A stretch of 64,000 nucleotides of DNA from Eledone cirrhosa (taxonomy: Eukaryota): contig OZ024746.1 in the NCBI GenBank assembly GCA_964016885.1, positions 83,328,001 to 83,392,000 of the forward strand. The letters are read 5' to 3'. Below are positions 53,889 to 64,000 of this stretch, piece by piece (position 1 is the stretch's first letter; each line of letters begins with the position of its first letter). The translations under genes were made by a program, and so were the position numbers. The notes under the pieces were generated by a model. That model was not told the DNA's origin, did no database searches, and saw nothing but the letters and a program-made list of their open reading frames with translations.

Positions 53889-54910
53889 ACATTATCTTTC
53901 TTATTAAAATATATTAAAGAAAGAGGTAAATATCTTAATAGAACTGCAACACCTCATTATCAAGTATAATGAATATATTTTTTATCAAATTTCAAAGCTT
54001 TCAGAAGAGGAGTTTAGATAAAGAGTTGGATAAAAATTCATTACATTGGATGTGGTAAATTTATAGTGTGGTTTGTTTTCTCTGCTGTTGGGCTACTTAG
54101 TTTCAGGATGGTGGGGTACAACTTTATTGGGTTATTTCATAGTGTTTCTAATCTTAGGACCAACCTACTGGGATATATGAATCTATAGTTGGACTTGTAT
54201 AAGAAATTGTCCTTATAGTCCTGACTAATATAAGGTGTATGCATGGCAGTAATGTTAAAAGTTATCAAGGCTTTTATTTTTCACCTTTTTGTATATTAGC
54301 ATTGACATCTGACAGGGGAGAGTGGGGAGTAGAATGTGTTATACACTTTTATTGTATATATACATAGACACAGAAAATCTTTTTTTTTTTTTGCTCTTCT
54401 TTTTTGTTTGATTTTAGTTCCTTTTCAGCTCTTATTCCTATTTTCCCTCTTACATATTTTATGTATATTTATTTTTTTACCCTCCCCTTCACCTACTGGC
54501 TTCATTATTTTTATTACTGTTTATATTATTTTCATCAATTTGTGCCAAACTTCTTATTGTATTTTCCTTTAAGCTGAAGTCTAATGAAACACTTTAAACT
54601 TCATTTGAGAGTTATAATTAACTCATGCATGAAACCACATTAACAAGACATTCTTGAAAAGTTCAAAACAACAGGATAATCACATTCTTGAAAATTACAA
54701 AACAGCATTATAACTGCATCATATTAAATATTAAAACCTTTACTTTACTTTAATAGTGCAACTTTTCACAATCTATCCACAATTCAACTTTTTATAATAG
54801 CTTTACTTAACAAACCTATATTTAGATATGTTCTGCTAAATCATTACAGAATGTTAATTGTTGAAATATTGTAGGATCCTCACTGGTACTTTATTTATTA
54901 TCCTTGTTAT

Positions 54911-55222
54911 GGAGGCACATGGCTTAGTGGTTAGAGCATTGGCCTTGCAATCGAAGGGTTGTGAGTTCAATTCTCAGACCGGGTGATGTGTTGTTTCCTT
55001 GAGCAAGACACTTTATTTCACATTGCTCCAGTTTACTCAGCTGTAGAAATGAGATGATAGGGACTGGGGTCCCTATCATTCCACTGCAAAGTGGTCGTGT
55101 AGGTGCCACGGCAAAAAAGCACCCAGCACTCACTGTAAATGAGGTTGGTGTTAGGAAGGGCATCCAGCTGTAGAAATCAAGCCAGAATCAGAGGGAAAAG
55201 CGGACGTAAAATGATGATGATG
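54911..55222 (+). mobile_element. tRNA-headed SINE family 2 with RTE tail (5'-truncated near-identical copy at 63143-63420)
   Basis: A box TGGCTTAGTGG, B box GTTCAATTC, 3' CGGACGTAAAATGATGATGATG. Confidence 0.88.
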
Positions 55223-56249
55223 TTATCATTTTTGCCAATATCATTATCATCGTCTTCGTTATATATTGTACTATGTTGGCATGAGCTTTCCCCCAGTCAT
55301 TTGGTCTCTACTTGTGCATGTGGTGACTGATGACAGGAGTAACAAAAATATTTCTGGTTCCCAACCTTTTGTACACAATGGCCTACCTCAACATCTCAAA
55401 AATTCTTATACCTCCATTTGATATGAAAACTGATAATCAACTGCAAAGTGTAAACAAATTGAAGTATATGTGATTACCAATTGTACAGAACATGTGTGGA
55501 GGAGGTGAGACCGGAGTTGCCTTAGTGTAAAAGTAACAAGGTAAAACTTGGAGTTTGTTCTCATTAACATCATTTTCAAATTTCCTGCCCACCCTCCTGT
55601 GGAGGTGTGCACCCCACTTTTGGAATCACTGATACAGATGAATATGTCAACTTTGGTAACATTTTGAGTAAAGTAATAAATGTTTGTGTGCACATATATT
55701 TATTTATGCATATGTATTTCACATTGCTCCAGTTAAATCAGCTGGCAAAAATGAGTTCATCTTCATCATTGTTTATTGTCCATTTTCTACTCCTTCATGG
55801 GGTAGGTGGGTTTGTCACATTATGAGTCATGTCAGGTCTGGTGACTATGGTTAGATGCCCTTCCTAACACCAACAAAGTTAGTATGGACTGGGTGTTTTT
55901 TTCATTGTGTCACCAGCACACCTGTAATTCAGAAGGCTAGCTTTGACACACACGGTGTCATGCTGAATCTCCCTGAGAACATGTTAAGAGTACATGTATC
56001 TTTGGACTGCTCAGCCATTTGCACGTTAATTTCACAAGCAGGTTTTTCCTTTGATTACATCAACTGGGAACACTCATCATTATGACCAACGTGGGTCCAG
56101 TCCAATAAATACAACTTGCAAGGTTATATATATTCATGTATGAGTGTGTTTATAATTATATATGGTTGTGAATTATATGTAAATAAATAAACATACCCAT
56201 GTTTTTTCGCAAAAAAATCTTTTTCCATTCCTTCCTCTTCTCACTGTTT

Positions 56250-57303
56250 CATCATCATCATCGTTTAACGTCCATCTTCCATGCTAGCATGGGTTTGGAC
56301 GGTAATTTTCCCACTTGAGGCAAGATTGGTTGTCTTGCTCGTATAGGACTGTCTGGCGGGTTTTCTACGGCTGGATGCCCTTCCTAACACCAACCACGTT
56401 TACAGTGTGGACTGGGAGGTTTCTACTGTGTTACCTACACGGCCACATTACAGCGTGGAGAGGTGTGTGTGTGAGGTTGGAATTTATCAAGTCGTCCCAG
56501 GTTTTTCTGGGTCTGCCTACTCTGTGGCTACCGTCTATTTTTATCGCCCTGCACTTTTTTATACAGCTGTCGCCTTTCATGCGCATCACGTGACCATACC
56601 AACGTAGTCTTCTCTCGAGTAAACAACATCTGATCCCTCTTATTCCTAATTTCTCACTTAGTTCATTTATGCTTTGCCGTTCACGTATATTACTATTACA
56701 CACCCAGCGGAGCATGCAAGCTTCGTTCCTCTCCAGTCTGCGTAGATCCTCTGCACACAATGCCCAAGTCTCACTGCCATGTAACATTGCTGTTCGTATG
56801 CAGGCATCATACAGCCTGCCTTTCATTTTTATAGAGAAACATTTAGCTGCCTTTAGTGGTATAAGCTCTCAACTTTTTCCATCCCGTTCGGACTCTAGCT
56901 ACTGTACTTTCAGAGCACCCTCCACCACTGCTGATTTTGTCACCCAGGTAACGGAAAGTGTCCACTATTTCTATAGAACCATCTGTGCAATGGAATGGGC
57001 TAGTATTCTGTGGGCACTTGCTGCTACTTATTGCACCTAAGCACCGGCCACATATAAAATCTATATTCTTAGTTAGCTTACCTGTGATCCCACTACATCT
57101 TTTATGCACCCATACTTTGCATTTGGGACATAAAATGGAGTTTCTGCCTACTCCTTTCCTACACACTAAGCATGGCCATTTCCCAGATGGGACCAGTGCC
57201 CTATTTTTATTCCTACATACTAGCACTTTAGTCTTAGACAGGTTAATTTTAAGGCCTTTTGATTCTAGGCCATGCTTCCATGTTTGGAATTTCTTCTCTA
57301 AGT
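56250..57303 (-). mobile_element. RTE-clade LINE, 5'-truncated and frameshifted: RT C-terminal part with inserted PHD-like Cys/His finger, 3' UTR and (GAT)n tail
   Basis: ORFs 56843-57226 (WPCLVC...SILCPKCKVWVHKRC...FICGRC...TFRYLGDKIS) and 56431-56826 (MLHGSETW...RLRWYGHVMR...GRPRKTW). Confidence 0.92.
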
Positions 57304-57319
57304 TGTTTTTATGTTTCTA

Positions 57320-57495
57320 TGGCAGTATCGGTAGAGTCGGACGCCATGCTTTGATGCATAGTTACGGCACTTGCCATTCTGAGTTCAAATCCCGCCGAGG
57401 TTAACTTTGCCTTTCATCCTTACGGGGTCGATGAAATAAAGTACCAGTAATGTACTGGGTAATTGCCAGCCTTGTGCCAAAAGTAGAAACAATTA
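57320..57495 (+). mobile_element. SINE family 1 copy adjoining the LINE 5' truncation point
   Basis: Homologous to 41759-41942. Confidence 0.85.
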
Positions 57496-57651
57496 TTTAT
57501 TTCTCATTCTACCTTCTATTGAAGGACTAGTATCCGAAACGTAAAGATTCTTTTCCTACTATATCAAGTGTTAAACTAATATATTTTATCATTGTACCGT
57601 ACTGTTTGATTTATTGTTTCGTGTGTGTGTGTATGTACACAGATGTGTGTG

Positions 57652-57694
<43 letters not shown>

Positions 57695-57779
57695 ATAATA
57701 ATAAAATTGAAGACTAAAATCCAAAGAGGGCTCGATAAGGATAAATATATATCAAATATATAAGAACCGTAGAGCAAAA

Positions 57780-58045
57780 ATTTATTAAATAACAGATTAA
57801 AGTTTAAGCAAAGAATCGCTGCTTTCACCCTTAACGGGATCTTCTGAAACTAACAAAGTCAATCTGTAAACGCAGAACTGGATAAACGTTTCCACGAACC
57901 AAAGTATCGTCTTACTGTCTTCCTCCGGTTGCAACGTTTTTTGAAATATCCAGTTCTGCGTTTACAGATTGACTTTGTTAGTTTCAGAAGATCCCGTTAA
58001 GGGTGAAAGCAGCGATTCTTTGCTTAAACTTTAATCTGTTATTTA

Positions 58046-58051
<6 letters not shown>
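57780..58051. repeat. Perfect ~105-bp inverted repeat with ~62-bp spacer, between (TA)n tracts; probable Penelope-like element remnant carrying a hammerhead-like motif
   Basis: 57780-57884 is the exact reverse complement of 57947-58051. Confidence 0.9.
57980..58030 (+). ncRNA. Type I hammerhead ribozyme-like motif with variant core (mirror copy on the minus strand in the left arm)
   Basis: AGTTT-CAGAAGA-tCCC-gttaa-GGGt-GAAA-GCA-gcgattctt-TGC-T-T-AAACT; distal ACAGATT/AATCTGT extension of stem I. Confidence 0.6.

Positions 58052-58105
<54 letters not shown>
58051..58105. repeat. (TA)n microsatellite
   Basis: Direct reading. Confidence 0.95.
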
Positions 58106-58107
<2 letters not shown>

Positions 58108-58517
58108 TATAAAGCTTCTCACAATTCAGTTGTGCTCATCATTCTCTAAAATCTGGAACTATCTTGATTCCTCTGAAACAGGCTTATTGCCAAGTTTTGG
58201 GACTCTAGTGTTTGCATGCTAATTTGCAATAATTCCAAGGTGGAGTTTCAGAATAAGTATATTGACATAAATTTTCTAGAACTCAGGGAGCATCATTGAA
58301 AATTAGGGATGACAAGGGAAGAGTCAGTACTATCCACTGTTTGTTCATCCTACCCCCAGCAATAGTCCCCCACTACAATATCACTTTTTCTTTTGTTAAT
58401 AAAACTACTCTAAGTCACTATAACTGACTATCATACTCTCCTGCAAAAATTAGTTTTGAGTCAGCTGAAAGGAAATTGAGGTTATAATTTTCTGAGCTGT
58501 TAACTTCATCTTTAGAA

Positions 58518-58603
58518 TATACAGGATGTCCCCCAAAAATGTATACACACTTCAACAGCATTCTAATCAAAGTGTGTATACATTTTTTGGAACATCCTGT
58601 ATA
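58518..58603. mobile_element. Tiny Tc1/mariner-type MITE (near-palindromic, TA-flanked)
   Basis: TA-CAGGATGTCCCCCAAAAATGTATACACACTT...AAGTGTGTATACATTTTTTGGAACATCCTG-TA. Confidence 0.75.
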
Positions 58604-58917
58604 TTTGCAGTATTTATAACTACAATAAAAGTTCCAACTTGTTCAATCTCCATTTATTGTCAGTGGTTTGTATACAATCCTAGATTGGATACAACCAAGT
58701 ATATGCAGGTGTTAGTGGCTTAATTAATAAGGACAGTACTATCACGGACATGACAACAGTATCTCTGATTAAGTATTGACTTGATCTTTATCTACCCATT
58801 CAACACATGCCTTCATGGGAAAATGGTTGTAAAATGATTGCGATGGTGAGTTTGTATCCAGTTTACTATCGTGTGTATTCAGGAGTAAGGCACATCATAA
58901 AGATTAGAGGTTGAGGC

Positions 58918-59082
58918 TTAACCCTTTAGCATTTATACTATTATATTTTCAGGGTAAAGGCTTTATCTCACATATCGAATCTATGAGATTTTGATATTAT
59001 TTATTTTGAGAAGGCTGGTTTGAACAGAAATAGGTGAGGAAATTCTGGCCAGATATGGCTGGTTTAAATGTTAAAGGGTTAA
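58918..59082 (-). mobile_element. piggyBac-like MITE family A copy (internally deleted)
   Basis: TTAA/CCC...GGG/TTAA ends. Confidence 0.8.
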
Positions 59083-59262
59083 AATAGTTATAAATATTGT
59101 AAATATACATTCTATTCTAAATATACTCTCAGTGAAGGCATGTGGTTTAGTGGTTAGGGTGTTTGGCGCACGATCATAAGTAGTGAGTTTGATTCCCACC
59201 TTGAGTTATGGAACATGTTGCTGCAGTTCACTCACCTGACAAAAATTAGTTGGACCTGTAAT

Positions 59263-59471
59263 TTAACCCTTTAGCATTCACATTACTCTGTATATACTAT
59301 TGTATTTTTGTAGTAAAGGCTTTACCCCACATAATTATCTCATATAATATTGAATCTATGAGATTTTGATATTATTTATTTTGAGAACAATACTTTAACA
59401 TAAGGATGAGCAACCAGTTTAAACAAAAAGTGTTGAGAGAATTCTGGCCGGTTTAAATGCTAAAGGGTTAA
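59263..59471 (-). mobile_element. piggyBac-like MITE family A copy inserted into a tRNA-headed SINE (~59135-59610)
   Basis: TTAA ends; SINE sequence (GGACCTGTAAT...AAAGAGCCAGC) resumes after it. Confidence 0.8.
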
Positions 59472-60018
59472 AGAGCCAGCTATGTCGCAGACTGTGCTGT
59501 GGCAGATCTCCCTGAGCGTATACATGTTCATGGAATACTCAGCCACTTGCACATTAATTTTATCCAGCAGGCCAAACAACTGGAACATTCATCATCAGAA
59601 CTACTGGAGTGCCAGTGCAAATATAATTTTAATAGCAATTCATCTCAGAAATTTAATTTTTTTAAATGCTGTTGTCGTTTAAAACAGTCAAGTACTCCAT
59701 TGTGTTTAAAATCATGTTTTTAATTCAGTTGAAACCATTTCACTTAAGTTATATCACAAATTACCTTAAAACTGACAATCTCTTTATTGTGTAAATGTTT
59801 TAAAAGGTAAAGCATTGTCAAAGCATGTTGTTGCTTTGATGCTCTTCTATAAAGGAGTGTCAGAATTTCATTGTTTGGTACAACACATTCTTTATTATCT
59901 GTATGTATGTCACTTTTATGGTTCCTTTAGTATTCTCATGTTTCTTGAAATATCACTCTACCAACAGTTCATTTAAATCCAGTATTTATTTTCAAAACCA
60001 TATTGCTGTTGTATTTCA

Positions 60019-60219
60019 TTAACCCTTTAACATATAAACCAGCCTTATCCGGCCAGAATTCTCTCACCTCTTTCTGTTCAAACCGGCCATAACTGGCTCC
60101 TCATATTTATGTTAAGGTATTATTCTCAAAATCTCATAGATTCGGTATTATGTGAGGTAGAGCCTTTACCGTGAAAATATAATAGTAAATATAGAGTAAT
60201 GTAAATGCTAAAGGGTTAA
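60019..60219 (+). mobile_element. piggyBac-like MITE family A copy
   Basis: TTAACCCTTTAACAT...ATGCTAAAGGGTTAA. Confidence 0.85.
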
Positions 60220-60865
60220 ATATATAGTGTATACAACAGTTAAAATGGATAATGAAATTTACAGCTCATAATTGTAGAGATCTAGCTGTCCTCCCATGAA
60301 ATTGCATCTCATTGGAAGTTCCAAAGTTGTTTTAATTTTAGGGGGCCTAATTCTGTGAAAAGCAGCATGAAATTAAGTATCTTGCTCAAAAACAGAAAAC
60401 ACCATCCAGTCCAAGAGACAAACCTACAATGTTATGATTATGAGTCCAACATCCTAACCACTTGGTCACACATGGCTGAATATAATATATTTAATTAGTT
60501 ATTCAGCACTTTACTCTGATGAGGCATATTTTTTTTAACTGTCTGCATCATCATCATTTAACATCTGTTTTCCCTGCTAACAAGGGTTGGATATGTCATC
60601 ACAGACTGGCCAGTACTCAAGTGGAGCCTCTGATCTCCAGGTGGGCCTGAGATCTGACATATGATCCTACGCTTTACTGTGTACATTTTATTGTGGCATT
60701 AACACTAGGGAAGTTATGTCCTTGCAAAGCTGAAGAGTTTTCCCAACCCTTTGTTTGGCAGGTTTTAAATGGTAGGATGCCCTTCCTATCACTAACCACT
60801 TGAACTATTTTTGTTTTACTGGAAAAAATATTCCTTGTAACATTTTCTCTCTCTCTGCACAAAAT

Positions 60866-61010
60866 GAATGAAATAAGTCCATGTTGTGAACATGGGGCAA
60901 GATGAATGGACTAAGCCCATGTAGAGAACATGGGGCAAGATGAATGAACTAAGTCCGTGTAGAGAATATGGGGCAAGATGAATGGACTAAGTCCATGTTG
61001 AGAACATGGG
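60866..61010. repeat. 38-bp minisatellite (about 3.8 units), each with a CCATGT...ACATGG hairpin
   Basis: GAATGGACTAAGTCCATGTAGAGAACATGGGGCAAGAT repeated in tandem. Confidence 0.9.
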
Positions 61011-62944
61011 AAGTTCAATCAAATAGCCAATTACAATGTACCTGCTATATACACAATAATGGTTGTGACGATTGATTCGCAGATGAAGAGCAAGAGAATG
61101 TGAGGGCCACATGTTAGCCTGCTCATATTTCAAACATACACGCACAAAATGGCTAGGCTGGCTGAAATGGAAAGTTTCCCTAACATTTAAGCTTCTAATA
61201 TAATTATAGTAGAAACTATATTGTAATGCTGTTTACAGGCAATTAAAGATATACAAGGAAAAGAAATATGAGTTTATGACAAAGATCTTTACAAATAACC
61301 TCAAGGCTACTGGTGTCAGCTAAAGTAGTACCCAAGAATTAAATATATTCAGATGTCTAACAAACTACAGAATTAAGCTATTTCTGTGTCTGTTTTATAG
61401 TTTGAGTAAGTTAATTGCCATTGCTAACACAGTATCAGCTGATCTCCCACTTTTAACATGTAAAATATAGTCTGCATTATATTTTTAGTTATTTATTCCC
61501 TGGAGAACTAAATATTGCATATGGTACCTTACATAATTCATGCCCACTAATATTCCAACCACTTTCACCAAAATTTTCTTTTTTCTCTCACTAGCCTTAG
61601 CCGCTTAACCAGTCTCAAGATGCTGGATTGCATTTTGAAGTTTAATCTAATGTAGAATTTTGTTAAAGAAGGAAAAAAGTTAAAGATATTTCAATAATAT
61701 TTCATTGTCTTCAGCAGATCCAGATATAGCCTTGATCAGCTTTTCACCAGCTAACCCAAGTTACAGAGATAGCAGGTTCCAATTGAGCAATGTTTTCAGT
61801 GTGGAACCATTTTCTTTATGGAATTTAAATTTCTCTACCAAACTTGTCCCAGGCACAGTCTTCATGGCCAGGTTCTCTCCAGAAGTTTCAAATCTCAAGT
61901 CAATACAAGTTGAACTGGTTCTAACATTTCAACTTATATTACAGCATTGAATTTCTATTGAGGCAACCTCAACAAGAGTCTATTGCCATATTTAATATCC
62001 TGGACTAATACTTTATACTTACTTCTCCATGCAGTGCAGTGCAGTTTATGGGCTTCGTTAGTTTCATAGAGTTGATCTCAAGGAAGCAAGGTTTGAGAGG
62101 AAAAGACTGGCAAAGTTATGTTATTCAGCCCTAGGTCAGCCCTGGCTGATTGAACATAATCAAAAGCATCCTAGCCATGACTTTTGTGGAGGGTTTTTTG
62201 TTGGGTTTTGTTAATCCAATGTTTTTTGATAGGATATAATTTGGAGGAGATTTAGCTGCTATTTTTAGCAGGTAAAATTACCGTAGTTTTTAAAAAAAAA
62301 TACTTTTGTTATTATTTACTTCTATTTGATACATTGTCAGAGACGCATTGCAATGGGAATGTAAGGTGGAGAAGATGAAAGGGGTTTTAACCCTTTTTAA
62401 TACTGACATGCCCTAAACTGCTTCTGGTTCTATGAAATGAAATCACCCATTTTAATGGTTTCCTATTTAAATTAAAGCCTTCCAATGTAGTTTTATATGG
62501 GAACATAGATGCAGTTAATAATTTCAGTAAATCCTTTGAAACTCTTTAATTAATTAATTAATTAATTTAAGTACAGCATACTTCAGCTAAAAAACAGTTA
62601 TAGAAAGTTAAATGGATTTAGATACAGATTTGATGGTATGTTTGGCAATGAGTGTGTACATGAGATACTCTCATAGTGTGTCTGAGCAGTTTGTAACTAC
62701 ATGCTACATTGAAAGACTACAACAAACCAAACATATATATATATATCATCATCATCATCATTTTACGTCCATTTTTTCACACTAGCATGGGTTAGACGAG
62801 TTCTCCTGTTGTGGGCAATGCCAGGTCAGAAGACCATGTCTTGCTCATACAGAACCGTCTATACTATATGCTTCAACTTCGGCTTGTACCCGTGGGAAGT
62901 CGGTTCTACTGTATTATATATATAATGTATAATAAACAATACAA

Positions 62945-63045
62945 TATAATTACCTCATTACCAGAGGTTTCCCGAATAAGACGAATACGAAAGAAACGTC
63001 CTCATTCGTTCGTCGGACAAATACATTAAATTTTGCTCTGGTACT
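62945..63045 (-). ncRNA. Hammerhead-like motif with CCGACGA core
   Basis: Minus strand: CCGACGA-aCGAATGAGGACG-loop-CGTCTTATTCGg-GAAA-CCTC-tggtaat-GAGG-T-A; stem I is weak. Confidence 0.45.
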
Positions 63046-63097
63046 TACATAGAGCACTCTTCACTCCTATGACTTTTCAATTTTCAACGAAACTTCA

Positions 63098-63142
<45 letters not shown>

Positions 63143-63143
<1 letters not shown>

Positions 63144-63420
63144 ATTCTCAGACCGGTGATGTGTTGTTTCCTTGAGCAAGACACTTTATTTCACATTGCT
63201 CCAGTTTACTCAGCTGTAGAAATGAGATGATAGGGACTGGGGTCCCTATCATTCCACTGCAAAGTGGTCGTGGAGGTGCCACAGCAGAAAAGCACCCAGC
63301 ACTCATTGTAAATGAGGTTGGTGTTAGGAAGGGCATCCAGCTGTAGAAATCAAGCCAGAATCAGTTCCCGTCCCACCCTTGCAAGCAGGGAAAAAGCGGA
63401 CGTAAAATGATGATGATGAT
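63143..63420 (+). mobile_element. SINE family 2 copy, 5'-truncated, next to (TA)n
   Basis: Near-identical to 54968-55222. Confidence 0.88.
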
Positions 63421-64000
63421 ATATATATCCCTTCCCCTACACTGGTGTATGTAGAATAGTTGATATATTTTGGCTGTAATCTTCCTTAGTGGTATGGCAA
63501 TAGGACTTGTTGGATTTACAGATTGTTTACCTCTCTCTATACCTCTCATATTCCTCCACCCGTCCTCTCCTCTTTCCTCTACTCATATGTCTTTTTGTTT
63601 TTCTGAAAGTTTTTCAATTTTCCCTACTTTTTACCATAGATTTTCCAAAACTCTTATTCTGTCTTCCCTCCAGTGGCCTGTCTATAATTGTAGGAAAATT
63701 AAAAAGAATTAAGTTAAATGAGATATGTGTGTGTGTGGAGGAGGAAGAGGCTCAAGTTTTTTCTTTTCTTTTTTCATTCTGTTTACTTATTTTATATGTA
63801 TTCAACTTTCTAAACCCTCTGACTGGTTTTTCAACTTATAAATGTTAATTGGCCTACAACAGTTTGTCATAAGTATACAATAACACTTCTTAGAAAATAT
63901 CCAGTGTCTTTTTCAATTATGTTCTCCTTTTCTCTATCAGCTTTTTTCTTTCTTCTCTCTCTCTCAGCATTTTCATCATATGACAGATGTTTTGATGGTC

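Noticed and set aside
54911-54985. tRNA gene
   Set aside because: A and B boxes are present but no full cloverleaf or terminator; it continues into a multi-copy SINE body.
61700-62120. Coding-like stretch and minus-strand GTAAGT donor near 62020
   Set aside because: In-frame stop and no recognisable protein similarity.

Overview
Eukaryotic, AT-rich, repeat-dense animal DNA. The SINE, RTE-LINE and MITE repertoire resembles that of octopod cephalopods (inference from recalled repeat motifs, not verified). 1-22800 is a pure satellite array built from two related ~20-bp T/G-rich monomers. It has local higher-order duplications, and all the giant + strand ORFs there are artefacts of it. 22801-23000 is an assembly gap. 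23001-64000 contains three spliceable + strand exons of histone acetyltransferase 1 (HAT1; 32421-32527, 34140-34291, 36988-37104); I did not find the flanking exons. These exons are embedded in tRNA-derived SINEs, RTE-type LINE fragments (one with a PHD-like finger inside the RT), TTAA-flanked piggyBac-like MITEs and microsatellites. The most unusual items are: (i) a 5S rRNA-headed element with an RTE-LINE tail (SINE3-like) nested in a MITE; (ii) several type I hammerhead-ribozyme-like folds with variant cores, one inside a perfect ~105-bp inverted repeat (Penelope-like); (iii) the structured, nearly AG-free satellite that may lie inside a HAT1 intron; (iv) a HAT1 exon bracketed symmetrically by inverted MITE copies.
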